A stretch of 64,000 nt of DNA from Nageia nagi. Its lineage: Eukaryota; Plantae; Pinophyta. The position numbers and the translations under genes are program-made. Each line of letters starts with the position of its first letter. Positions within the stretch are counted from its first letter, which is position 1. Positions 51,051 through 64,000 of this stretch are shown here, piece after piece. The stretch lies in assembly GCA_050084985.1 (NCBI GenBank), contig JBITNC010000001.1, positions 160,332,001 through 160,396,000 on the forward strand, given 5' to 3'. Under the pieces are notes generated by a model. It was not told where the DNA came from and did no database searches. It saw only the letters and a program-made list of their open reading frames with translations.

Positions 51051-53983
51051 TTGTTGATAAAATATGATACATATTATGCTCACTACTCATGATTAATGGT
51101 AATATTAATGCTATTAATATTTTTTTAAAAAAATATGATAACATCATTTTGTTAAATGTTAGTTTATTTTGTATTGATTATAGATAATGGAAAAATTTTA
51201 AAAGAGAAAAAAAAACAAAGGAACCATATGAGAAATAGTGGCTCATATATAATTCTGCATTTTGAAGTAAATTTTCTTACACACCATGAATAGTTAAATC
51301 AAATGTCTCTAGCAAGGACTATAGGCTCTTGATATAGAAATGTTAGGTCTCATATATGCTACTGATAAGGATGTATACTCTTCAGGATCATTTATATTTG
51401 AGATAATTCATATAATTTCATTTGTATTTTGTGACTCAAGATTGCTATATCAAACAACCCAATGGATCATAACTATTTCTAAGATAATGTTATATATCTT
51501 GATTACCTTTATTTTTAATCTAGAATGTATAATGTATCCAACTTGCATTTATGGTTACCTCATTTTCTATTCTATAATATTATAATGAATATTTTGAGAT
51601 GGTAGGAGATGCACTTGCCTAGAATTTTAAAAAATATATATCTGTTAATTAATTCTTTTTTTATGTTTTCCCTTGATAAGTGCCTTGCAATTTAATTTTT
51701 TCATATTTAATAGATTTCCAATTTTTTTATTATAGTAAAAAAATTAAAATTATTTTTTTTATTACAGTAAAAATCAAAATTATTTTTTTATTACCTTAAC
51801 TTAATAGACCGTCAGAGTTAAACAAAATTATTTCTCAAATATCAAAAATTAAGTAAATGAGTACAAAATATATACAATACAAATGAAATCAAATAATTGA
51901 TGTTTAAGTAAAAACTATATTAAATTTAACATAAAAGAATAAATTTAATAAGATGTGCCTAATCATTATTTCTTCCAACCTAACATAAATTTCTCAAATC
52001 TTCCCTATAAAAATATTCACAATAGGCATTCTATCTTTCAACAAATTTCTATGTTCTTCTTCTCCTTATATTTAAATTAGTAATGCATCAATGTTCCCCA
52101 AATTGGCATAACCAATACTTGAAAATGTTTTTCTCTTTCATTGATTTTGAGGAGATGGTACATGGATGGAAAAGGTGAAGGTAAGGTCATTAAAATTGAT
52201 TTGAAAACTATCAATCTATTATATTTTTCAACATCCTATAACATATAAAATATCCATAGAAGGAAAATAGTAATAATTCATAAAGTTGTATAATAATGTA
52301 GAGTTAAGGATTAAAATGCTAACCTTAGTCCTCACAAATAGAGATGATTATTTTTGAGGAAGAATAGGGTCCTTGATTTTAAAATAATAATAAGCATAAT
52401 AAAACTATTTCCCGCTCAATGGTTTGTATTTTTACCTTTTTCTTGCATCCACCATTCTATTGAGAGATAATATACGATGGATATTAACTTGAATAAGGAT
52501 TTGCAACAACTAATATTATAAAATATCTTCCATTGTATGCATTTAAGCTATCTATATAATTTATGATGTTTTATTATTTAATTTTTCACTTTTAAATGTC
52601 AAAACTATAGTTTAGAATTTTTGAAGGATGTAATACATGAAATTTTACAATTCAATTTTTTTTATAAAATAACTCTTAAAAATGTCTAATATGGGTTGGT
52701 ACAAGAAGTTGGGTTCACTTTAAGGTCAAAAAGTAGAAGTGTTTTCCTTCATTTTCAAGTTTGGGTATGATTGATTTCAAAATTTTAAGCACTTAGACAT
52801 GGAATCATGAAAAAAGTCACTTGGATGAAAATGTAGTACTTAGAGTCTAGTTTTCAAATATATAATTTATTTGAATACCTAGATAATAGAATTTAAAATT
52901 TTATAGGATGAACAAGAACCACTTTTCAAAAAAACCATTCTTGGAACATATCATGCATGTGTCCATCTCGCATAATTTGACTAAAAATCAAGGAATTTTT
53001 TAAAATCCTATTAGGAAAAAATATACCTAAGACATTGGAGCTTGTCCAAGATATTTTTTCATAATAATTTATTTTTATTAATTTTATGTAGGGCATATTT
53101 GTGGTTTGGAAAAGTGCTTGTGTTTGTCCCACACAATTTTATCTAAATTTTATCTTTTTCATTTCTTTTAATTCTTATAGAGAATTCTATGAAGCTTATC
53201 CCTATATAATTTTTTTTTAACTTCCCAAAAAAACCTTATTAAGAAAATACAATACCCACATATTTCAAGTATATGGATTAGTTTCACCAAAAATCAATAG
53301 AAAAATATAAAAGTTACTCTAATTTTGAAAAACAAATTGCATATTTAAATTTATCACTCTTTCATATAAAATGGGTTTTAGTTTTATGATAAAATTCAAT
53401 TGAAATCATCATGAAATATATGCTTGAAGTTATGATTTTGTAGTGAAATCAACCATGGACATTTACTTGTAGGTCCAAACAAAGGATTGGCTCACCTAGC
53501 CTTTTTCGAACCTAAATTTGAGGTTGGTGGGTAGGATTTGACGAGGATGGGTGGGAAGTGAATTTTGAGTATATCAGGATCTCAATATATTAAGATTCAA
53601 TATATATTGATATCCCAATATGTTTTAGTTTTTACTCATATTGTGATCCGAATATTTTTTTATATGTTAGGAAAAAAATCAACTTCTTGGACATAGATAT
53701 TCTTTGCATCATTTGTATAGTACAGTTCAATATGATAGATAGTGATATTTTTTGCAAGAATTGGCTTGATTTTATCATAAATATGCACTATATTTAATCA
53801 TTATACTGATTTTGAGACCCAAGAAATTTATTTTGGTTAATTTGAAGATGAATTGAGTTTTTTACGAAGAGAATTAAGGTATTAAATCTTGAAGCAATCA
53901 TTGTAATTAAAATTATATTATGAAGATATACAACATTGAATTTGTAAACTTTTCAAGATAACCAATATCATAGGTGATAAAAA

Positions 53984-56900
53984 ATGCCAAATAAAGAGAG
54001 GAAGGAAGGTTATTTCATCTGAATAAATTCTTACAAAAAGAGAGAAAGATGCAAAAGGAAAAGAGACAAAAGAGCAAAAAATAAAGAATCGAATTGTAAT
54101 GAAGCATTTGAAAGTTCCATCCCAATTGAAGAGGAGGAAATTAAAGAGAACATTAGTGTAGATATGATTGTATATGATGCATGTGTTGAAAAAAAGAATG
54201 CACCATTGAATGAAGCTTAAAATTCAATGAATATGGAAATGAATGGAAGTATGCCTTTAAATCTTCATCTCCTTTTCTAATTTTAGGTGCTTTTCAAAAT
54301 TCTCATGGAGCTTCAAATGATTAAGAATTTATTTAATTAATAAAATCCTCTTCACATGATCATAGATTATTGATTAGGCTTATTGCCACTTTCAAAAGTT
54401 CCTTCTATAGAACATTTGAAATGATATCTCAATCTCATGTTTGTACTCCTACTATTAGAGTTGTTCTTAGAATTTTTCTTGTTCAACTATTAAATCTTAT
54501 AAGTAATCAAGTTATTTCACACTCATATTAATTATCTTAAGAACCTTAGTTATGAGAATTACTAATAATGGCTCATATCTAGGACCTATAAGAGTAAATC
54601 AAAAATCATTTACAAACATATAGTTGAATGATTTCTTCTCACAAATACATAGGATATTAATATGACCACTTGGCCAATGAGTTTGTAAACTTTATCAAAA
54701 ATCATTTGTAGGACCTTTCAAAGTTTATCTAGAAGTGAATAGATATATAGATAAGTCTTTTAATATCCTTTTTAAACTCAATTGAATTTTAGGACCTATG
54801 ATTAAAGTTTATCCAAAATAATTTACAAACATATATACTTGAATGATTATTTTTCACAAATAAATAGGATATTAATATGACCACTTGATCAAAGTGGTTA
54901 AACATTTTGCAAAAAGGGTTGGACATTTGACCAATGTGGTTACTTGGTTTTAGGGTTTAGTATTTATAGTTTAAAGTTTAAAGGTTTAAAGATTTTAAGG
55001 GTCACTTGGGTTTAAGAATTTAATGATTAAAGGTTTAAGATTTTAAGGGTTTAGAATAAAGGGTTTAAGAGTTGAAGGGTTTAGGGGTAGGGTTTTAGGG
55101 TTTAAATTTTAGTGTTTAGGTTTATATGGTTATAAGGGTTAAACATTTGACCAATGGGGTCAAACATGATGTTAAAGGGGTTAAAGAGTTTAAAAATTAC
55201 TTAGATTTAGGAACTCAAGGGTTAAGGGTTTAATAGTTTTATTATTTAGGGCAAGGAAGGCTTTAGGGTTTAGGTTTTAGGGTTTAAAATTTAGGGTTTT
55301 ATGACTTAGGTTTTTATGCTTAGGTTTATTTAAGGCTTAAGGGTTTAAGGTTTACATTTGTTTAAGGGTTTAGGTTTGTTTAATGATTAAGGGTTTAGGG
55401 TTCAGAGTTTAATGGTTAAAGGTTTAAAGATTTTAAGGATTACTTAGGTTTAAGAGTTTAATGATAAAAGATTTAAGATTTTAAGGGTTTAGGGTAAAAG
55501 ATTTAAGAGTTCAATGGTTTAGGGTTTAAGAGTTAAATGGTTTAGGGGTAGGATTATAGGTTTTATATTTAAAGAGTTCACACTTTAGTATTTTAAGGGT
55601 TATTTAAGGCTTACAAGTTTAGGGTTTATGTATTAGGGTTTACAATTTACATTTATTTAAGGGTTTAGGTTTTTTTAAGGTTTAAATATTTTTGGTTTAG
55701 GGTTTAGAGTTTAACAATTAAATATTTTAAGGGTTACTTAGGTTTAAGAGTTTAATGATTAAAGGTTTAATATTTTAAGGATTTAGGGTAAATAGTTTAA
55801 AGTTTAAGAGTTGAAGGGTTTAGGGGTAGAGTTTTAGGGTTTAGGGTTATAAGGTTTACATATTAGTGTTTAGGTTTATAGGGTTATAGGGGTTAAACAT
55901 TCAACCAATAGGGTCAAACATGATGTTAAAGGGGTTAAAAAGTTTAAGGGTTACTTCTAGGTTTAGGAACTTAAAGATTAAGGGTTTAAGAGTTTAGGAA
56001 TTTAAGGAAAATAAGGGTTCGGGTTTTATATTTTAGTGCTTAGGTTTGTTTAAGGCTTAACATTTTAGGGTTTACATTTATTTAAGGGTTTAACTTTGTT
56101 TAAGGCTTAAAGGTTTAGGATTTAGAGTTTAACAGCTAAAGGTTTAAATATTTTTAGGGTTACTTAGGTTTAAGAGTTTAATGGTTAAAGATTTAAAAAT
56201 TTTACAAGTTAGTTGGGTTTAGAGTTCAAAGTTTGTTTATCCTATAAAGGTTTGAAAAATGGGGTTAAAAATAATTTGGACAATAGGATTAAACATGTAA
56301 TGTAATTGTTTGTGCAAAGTTTACAATTTTCCTTAAGTTTGCATAATACCACTATATATTGGTTACTTAATTTCTTTAATTTAAACTAACTATTATCTTA
56401 ATGCTTGATTAAGTCCTTAATAAGTAACTAATTAATTATTGTATGTTTCCCTTTTTTCCCTCTATAGTAAACTTTGGTGAGTCAACCCTTAGCCTTGGAG
56501 TACCAACTATGGACATGAATCTAGGTATGTCTTCTAATCTACATGTTAATGATATTCAGAATGCGAATATTGACAATACTGATGATATAAATATTTTTTT
56601 ACATATCAAACATAATATCTTAGATAATGTTCCTGGTATGATATCTATGAGACAAATGAGAACATATGTAAATAGAATATATGATAAAGTTTTCCTTAAT
56701 AAGGAGATAGAATTTCAATATCAACTCATGTTACAATTAATGAGAATGTCAAAAATGGGAAAAAAAATGAAAACTTTAGGTGTTTGTGTGAAAAAGAGGA
56801 ACCCTTGAAATAAGTTATATCCATTGTTGCTAGTGTTATGAACTTTATTGGGAAGAAGAGTTGATCTAAAGATAGGAATGCATCGCAATGAGCCATAAAA

Positions 56901-58686
56901 ATTACTTTACTAAATAGATTAATTGTAAAGAAAAAATGATTGGTAACCTTAGTGGATATCTAAATATACACCCTAAAAATTTACAAAGAGCTATGAAGAG
57001 AAGAAAATATATTAAAATTGATCCAATCAATCAATGTTGGAGTTTTAGTAGTAAACTTGATCATACAAGGGTATCACCTAATATTAAAGATATTTTAAAA
57101 GAAATGAAATCTTTAGGGTCAAAATATCATCAAACTAAGCATGCAAAACACTTTCTAGATATGACTCAAACTCAATTGTACAATGACTTTGTAAATGATA
57201 AAGTGTTAAGTGCATTTAATATTAGCCTAAGTCAAAGATATTTTGATAAATGTAAACATTGGTATATTAGAATTTCATTAATTTAGAAACACATTTTCAA
57301 AAGGAACTATATTATCAATTGTATACTTTGTAGAAAACTATACTCTTACACCATAAGAAGAAATATAGTCTTAGTATTATAATTCTCAATAATTTTCCAT
57401 TTTTGTGCATATTGTATGTAAACATGCAAATGCTAATATAAAAGATAATAGAAACATTTTAAGGGAGTACAATTTTTTATGTGAGTGGTAACTAATTACA
57501 ATCACTAGAGTTTATCAAATTTTGTTTTAAGATATTTTATAATAAGTTGAAAGAAATAAATATTCAAATGGAACAACATTTGATATGGTGAGATAATTGT
57601 ATGGGATATTTTAAGAATGCATGAATATTTTATTAGTTAAGTAGGATACATAAAGAATACACTATCCAATATATATGGTCTTTTTTTTAAGTTGGACATG
57701 GTAAACATGAGCATAATGGACCTAGTGCATGTGTGAAATGAGCTCTTACTAGAGAACAACTTTATTTGAAGATTCAATAAAATTTCAATATGCATGTTCA
57801 ATTGTGGATTGGTGTCATACAAATATATATACTCAACCAAAATATAATTCTACAATTCAATGATTCTTTTGGTTATTTGAAGAAAATAATATTATGATTC
57901 ATCATGATTATGAGATAATTAATGGATCAATGAAATGGCATTCATTTAGGAGTTCAAATGCAAGCATATGGACTATTTGGAAAAGGGATATTGCATATTT
58001 TTGTGATTCTTGTATTGTAGGTGAATCAAAACATATATAAATACAAAATGGTTTGAGAAATAAAAACAAATATCTTTAAAACCTACAAAAACACATGATC
58101 AACAAGAAATAATCATTGAAGATGAGGATTAATTATTTGCATCAAAGGACTATGATTGAGTTTTTGAACTTGTACAAGAAAGTAATTTAATACTATTTGA
58201 ACTTCTTTTTTTTTCATTTTATATATATGGATGCTCATTTTTTTATATATATGAACTAGTTTTATATGTTGCACTTTATTGATATAAATTTTATTTGTAG
58301 GCAATGTGTATGTTGTTATGGCACCTAAGGGGAATGAAGAGGAAACATAATATTGGTTGGCTCAATGTGTTGAGAGAAAATATAATTTAACTTATCCTCA
58401 TTGTTATGATAATGGATTTGAGTACCCAATAGGTTATGTGGTGGTTGGTAGTACATGGCTATCGAAAATAGTATCAAGAAGGAATGGTTTGGTAGCATAT
58501 GAAGATTATGAAGAAAATAAGAAAAATTTTCACTATTCACATTTGATACTGATAATAAATATTAAACTATCCAGATATAAGGGACATATGTTAATAAAGT
58601 GTTATGAAAATTTTTAATGCAAGAACATGAGGCAATTATGAATGCATTACATAAAAGGGAGGATGCAGATGGTATCAATGACTAAA
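53984..58686 (+). mobile_element. Sola2-like DDD transposase pseudogene, intron-containing
   Basis: DHTRVSPNIKD..HAKHFLDMTQTQLY..ISLSQRYFDKCKHWYIR; HLIW*DNCMGYFKNA (cf. WSDxCxxQFKN); WSFF.(frameshift)GHGKHEHNGPSACVK*AL (cf. GHGKGxxDGxG); GSMKWHSFR..RDIAYFCDSC. A putative basic first exon lies at 53984-54245 with an acceptor at 56467, and an intron at ~58181-58300. The first catalytic D region appears deleted. Confidence 0.7.
54940..56230 (+). repeat. Degenerate telomere-like (TTTAGGG/TTTAAGG) array with higher-order duplication
   Basis: Many TTTAGGG, GGTTTAG and TTTAAGGG units. The block ggttaaacatt.accaat.gggtcaaacatgatgttaaaggggttaaa occurs at ~55137 and ~55891. Confidence 0.85.
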
Positions 58687-58704
58687 AAATATAGGTAAGT
58701 TTAT

Positions 58705-58852
58705 CTCGCCTTCTCCCCCTCCCCTTCATCTCCACATCTCCTTCCACTTCACCTCTTCACCCCTTCATCTCCACTTCCCCTTCCCTTTCACCTCTTCATC
58801 TCCATTTTCCCTTTCCCTTCACTCCTTCACCCCTTCATCTCCACTTCCCCTT
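58705..58852. repeat. Pyrimidine-rich minisatellite (ccccttcatctccacttc units)
   Basis: Units at ~58721, 58760 and 58830. Confidence 0.8.
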
Positions 58853-59569
58853 AGCTATCTTAGGTTAATTAGTAGAGCATGTGACTTTCAACCATGTGGT
58901 TGTGGGTTTAATTCCCATAGATGAAAAACCTTTCCTCATTATATTCGAGTAAACCTTTTTGTACATTTTTTGTAAGCCTTTTTGTGAATTAAAGATTTCT
59001 TGACTTTGTAAACCTTTTTTTTATGTACTTATTGATCAAGTAAGGAAAAATTTGTATTTACTTATTGGTTTCTAGCATGTATCAAGGTTTTTGAAGATAT
59101 AAATATATCAATTATGCACTTAAGTAATTATTTTTAATAGAATTAATATCAATAGTAAAATCATCAAAGCTTATTTTAGTTATATTACAACAATTGTAAA
59201 CTTATACTCAAGAAACATGAGTATGTACTCAAAATATACTATGTTAAAAATTATTTTAGTTATCTTATTTTATTTGAGCATGAGTAGTTATCTTATTTTA
59301 GTTATCTTACAACCATTAAGTCCTCTTTAAACATGAAAGTATAAACAAAAAGAGTGGAATAGATCTAAAAAATCAAAGGATGTACTCAAGAGATGAAAGA
59401 CATGATACGAAGTTGATAGGACTATTTATGTTTCTTCTAAAATGGCTTCCTATGATTGGATACTTCCCCCTCTCTTCATCACTCCATAGTGTAATAGTCT
59501 AGGGGCTTAGCTACTTGAAATTCTCTTTTACCATTATTTATAGTCATTTAAAATAACTTCTTATATGTA

Positions 59570-59990
59570 TAAAAATTGTAAACTTGTTGTTTAGTAATAT
59601 ATATTACAACTTGAAGGTATTTCCATTTGTATACTTGTTATTTAGTAATATATCTTTCAAATTTTGTTAACTTGTGAATTTGTAAACTTATAAACCTGTA
59701 ATTTTGTAAACTTGTAAACTTGTAATTGTAAACTTGTTATGTAATTATAGATCTATATGTAAACTTGGTGTTTAGTTATAAGTACTACAACTTGTAAAAT
59801 TGTAAATTTTTAAACTTGTTATGTAATTACAATTTGAAAACTTTGTAAACTTATAAACTTTATATTAAGCTTTGTAAACTTTATAAACATTGTAAAATTT
59901 ATAAATTTTGTAAGCTTTATGAACTTTGTAAACATATTGTTTAGTAAACTTGTTGTTGTTTAGTACACTTATAAATATGTTGTTTAGTTA
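59570..59990. repeat. Degenerate (TGTAAACT) 8-9-bp tandem repeat
   Basis: tgtaaact / ttataaact is reiterated many times. Confidence 0.8.
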
Positions 59991-60097
59991 TTAGGGGAGA
60001 TGAAAATACATAAAAACATTATATTTATTGTGTGAAAAGTATATAAGAACATTGTAATCATTATGTGAAAAAGTACATAAAAACATCATAATAACAT

Positions 60098-60262
60098 GTT
60101 CCAAAGTCTATGTAGTCCATGTAATAAGAACATATAATCCATAATAGCAATGTCCAAAGTCCACAATAACAATGTCCAAAGTCCATAATATAATAATATC
60201 CAAAGTCCACAATAATAACATAACAACATCATGAAAATAATTTCCTAAAGTCCATAATAAAG
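60098..60262. repeat. ~21-24-bp tandem repeat (tccaaagtcca.aataa)
   Basis: Units at ~60100, 60153, 60175, 60199 and 60243. Confidence 0.75.
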
Positions 60263-60349
60263 TACACAATAATTTTGAATATCCATATACATATATCATG
60301 ATCTACAACTAACATACAAAAACAACAACTACATAATCAATCATGAAAA

Positions 60350-62620
60350 TATCTATCTAGGACTAGATGTGTCTCCATCATCAATCTTGCTCCTATTTAC
60401 AACTAATGTAGATGCCATGGGCTATATACCATAAATAATATTAAGTTAGCATATATTATCATTCATAATTGTAATTACTTTAAATATTTAATAAAATAAA
60501 TTTAATCTATCTACAAGTTTAAAAAAAGAACATAAATATTAACATATCATATTGATGAGATCCTTCCTCAATAACTTTATCTTGGTATGTAGATGATGTA
60601 TTTATCTCATCAATATGAAATGCATGAAAAATAACATTACAAGATTGAATCAAGAACTATTGAGTAAAATAAAGGTTTTTAAATGGATATAGATTTTTAG
60701 GACCTACAAATTGCATACATAAGCATTAATATGTATTATAAAAAATTACTTGAAATGAAGTAGAAATTTGAGTGAAAAACTGTTGAGTGGTGGATGTTGA
60801 AGGCTTAGCCATTGAAATGCCCTCTAGTTGTTTGAATGTTGTCATCTCATGATAGATGTCTACCTGGAATAGAATTTTTTTTTTCAGTATATACATTCAC
60901 ATTCATATAATATCTAATAAAATTAATATGGAATATTGAAGACCTACAAATTGCATAGATACACATATAATGAATTTTAAAAACTTAATTAAAATGAAGT
61001 AAACATCTAAGTGACAACCTATAAAGGGGTGGATGCTCACTAAAGGCTCAACCATTGACATGCTCTCTCATCAATCAAATGCAGTCATCTCAAGATGGAT
61101 ATCTACCTAGAATAGGAATTTATTTTTAGCATACATATGTACATATTTATATGTGAATAATATCTAACAAAATTAACATGTAAATTGTTAAACTTATTAT
61201 TTTTGTTTACCTCATAAGGTGTGCCTATATATCTAAGAGTCGATGTCATAAAAGATTAATGAGATGAATAAAGTGGAGGATCCACCATCTACAATAAAAA
61301 ATATAAAGGTATTTAAAACTTTAATTAAGTATATATATAATTTAAATTAATTTAGAAATATACATTACAAATATTAAACACATTAAAAATATAGTAAGTG
61401 TACCTCTCTCCTAGCAAGGTCAACATCATCCATTGACATCATCTCTATATAAGATATCTTATGATCATCTGAAGAGGGACCAACACACATACAACTACAA
61501 CACTGAAAAAAATGAGGTGCAACTCCATTAGATCTAATATAATATCTAGGTTCACTAACATTAGCTACCATATAGGTAGCTTGTTTAGTGAGAGTCTAGG
61601 TCACCTAAATAAATTCTTCCAAAGTCGAAAAAACTTCTTGATGAAAAGCTAGGGTAAGAGGAAGGATGAGTAGTGCAAGATGCACAAGTCAACCTAGATT
61701 TGCCCATGCCCTAGGTGTATTTTTCCCAAGCCATGACCAATCCCTTAATTACACCTCATGTAAAAAAAATTAACATATTTTCCTAATACACACTCAATAT
61801 ATATTTTTCTTCTAAAAATACAAAGGGACATAGAAATTGGAATGTGGTCATTTATCAAACATCATCCACTATCGATCCCAAAAAATTTTAGCTATAATAG
61901 GATGGGTGCATAAATCATAGGTAATTATTTATTTATTAGGTGGGATGGGTTATCCAATATATGGATCAATTAAGTGTGGATTAAGGTTGGCTTTATAATG
62001 CCTAACTTGTTTACCTCTCGAGTAGAGAGACCATTTGAATAATGCTCTCTCATGCGGTCTCTCCATACCTTTAAATCATAAATATCCCCATCAACACTCT
62101 TAATAGTATCAAATATGATTTTTATAAAATATGCAAACTATATTATTTCTTGTAATTGATTAATATCATGAGGAATAGCATCTCGTAACTACTGGTCATC
62201 TACACCTATAGGTGGGGGTGGAGGGGGAGGAGGTGGAGAGAGTGGAGGAAGAGGAGGTGGAGATGGTGGAGGATTAACATGTGGAGAGGGTGAATTTTGG
62301 GTGTAATTTTTATTCACTTCATCCAATGTCTCATATATACCATGATAAAATTCATGACATGACTCATCCTTGATCATAAAAAGGCACCTGCAAATATTAG
62401 GAATAACATAGAAATAGAAATAAACTCGATTTAAATTGGATAATAATAGAATAGGCATTACTTATGAATTTGATATAACACATTTTTAACTAGAAAACTA
62501 GCATATAATAACATACCATAGATCTTTATCCATCAATAAGGTCCTCATTTTAATGTTCCAATATTCATAGTCAACTTCATCAAGCTCAATGATTTGAAAA
62601 GAGTCAATGTTATTGAAAAT
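60350..62620 (-). pseudogene. Degenerate multi-exon gene of unknown function with a poly-Pro tract, convergent to the Sola-like transposase
   Basis: Acceptor atttgcag at ~62389 opens a long exon: ..SPHVNPPPSPPPLPPLSPPPPPPPPIGVDDQ..KIFWDR*WMMFDK*PHSNFYVPLYFRRKIYIECVLGKYVNFFYM..FFQCCSCMCVGP. Further small GT-AG-bounded exons lie at ~61210-61290, 61020-61108 and 60780-60865. A 240-bp exon+intron unit is tandemly duplicated (60701/60941). Confidence 0.5.
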
Positions 62621-64000
62621 TATGTACAAATAATAATAAACCTATAGAATAATTTAAAAAATAATTTGATAAATTATGACCAATTCCATGCATGTAAGTC
62701 TAACCTTCAAACTAAACAAAGACTTCATACCAAACAAATATTATAGTTTGAATAATAGAATACTAAAGCATAATACATAACTATGATAAAACATAGATGA
62801 GATTAAATAAGTGCATAATAAAATGAATTAGTTATAACAAATCTACCTAGATATGGATAAATCTTATATTTTTAGAATCTATGCAAAGAAAGTTTCCTAA
62901 TAAGATTACATATACAAGAAAAAGAGTTGTAAATTTCAAAATATGGAAGCTCTAAAAATTATCATGAGGAACTTGGATCAAAATGACTTTCTTTATTCCA
63001 ATCAACCTCAAATTTGAATACACTATAATAAATATCTAATATTACATGTTAAACACATCAAATATTATATTCTCCCATATTTATAGGTTAAGGAATCTCT
63101 TACACATTATCATTATCCCATTATATAATTATATAAATTGCTACAACTATAGTTTAATGTACAAAAATAGTTACAAGAAGCTAAGAAATGCCTAAGATGA
63201 TGATATAATATGTCATATAGATGTTACAAATGAGTATAAAGTTTCTTTATCAACTTCACATTCCAATATACCTTTTCATAGTCATACAGGAGAATAAAGG
63301 TTTTTTTGTATTCCTTATTTAGCTAACCATATGCAATTGACTATGCTAGAGATATACAACATTACTTATAATTTTCAATTATAAAAAGAATACTCACCCT
63401 AAAGTGAATTATTATTTGCTATTTTATCTTGAATATTTTTTTTTATTTTAATCTAATAGATATATGATTGTTTACCTCGGTAATAATTATTAGTCACCAT
63501 ATACCTTGGTCTACCTTTTTTCAATTTTTCCTAATGTGAAAAATATTTTTAGGAGAACTATATAACCACATGAATGATGAGCTACATTGAGATTAGAGTA
63601 AGTCCATCCTAAATTAGCTCATGATGATTGAGAGCATGGAGATACTTGAGATCTAGAATAGTAATGGCGATCAAGATAAATTGAAGATTTAGAATGACTA
63701 CATAGAGTAGGAAGAACAAATTAGGATTAGGATTTATCCCTATAGGAATAATCTGGTGGGACAATACTCATAATACAAGAAGTGCTACCTAAATGGTTAA
63801 ATAATATTCTATAATTATTTAAGCTCTATAGCCACCTTATTACTCTAAACTAATATCTAGAGAAGGACATTATATATAATAGAAACCTTGTTAGAAATAT
63901 TAAAATAAATAGGAGTACAAGAAAAAAAAAGTATCTTGTTCCTTTATTTTCAAATATTAAAAGGATGCTAATCTACAACAAATGCCATTCCTCCATAAAT

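Noticed and set aside
54940-56230. True telomere or chromosome-fusion site
   Set aside because: Repeats are highly degenerate, single-orientation, mixed with non-telomeric blocks and embedded in a transposase-like gene.
59570-60262. CRISPR-like repeat arrays
   Set aside because: Eukaryotic context, degenerate tandem units without unique spacers, no cas genes.
62189-62458. Extensin/proline-rich cell-wall gene
   Set aside because: A single short poly-Pro tract, no signal peptide or repeated SP4-Tyr units; it is part of a decayed larger exon.
52780-63010. Weak inverted similarity between ~52800-52860 and ~62940-63000 as TIRs of the Sola-like element
   Set aside because: Only a short patchy match in AT-rich DNA; cannot be supported without a family alignment.

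Overview
AT-rich, CpG/CHG-depleted plant nuclear DNA, most likely a gymnosperm (conifer-like), inferred from the PPR motif consensus and the transposon types. The only intact gene is a 4-exon SABATH methyltransferase (25565-27042, +, 395 aa) in a short CG/CHG-retaining island. The rest is decayed mobile DNA and gene fragments: L1 ORF1, a Helitron-like relic (RPA70-like gene plus DUF6570 Rep start), a Ty1/copia element, two tandem CACTA Tnp2 copies, a hAT transposase, a Sola2-like transposase facing a multi-exon unknown gene, and many PLS-PPR fragments. The main hidden structure is a rearrangement history that can be read from the sequence. An ~8.4-kb SABATH unit was tandemly duplicated, leaving a truncated paralog at 9321-9565 (-). 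A copia element inserted into the second unit, and the empty site survives in the first. A ~21.7-kb inversion (~15.3-37.07 kb) then split both the copia and one CACTA copy and left short inverted duplications at both breakpoints. All alignments and identities were judged by eye and element boundaries are approximate.
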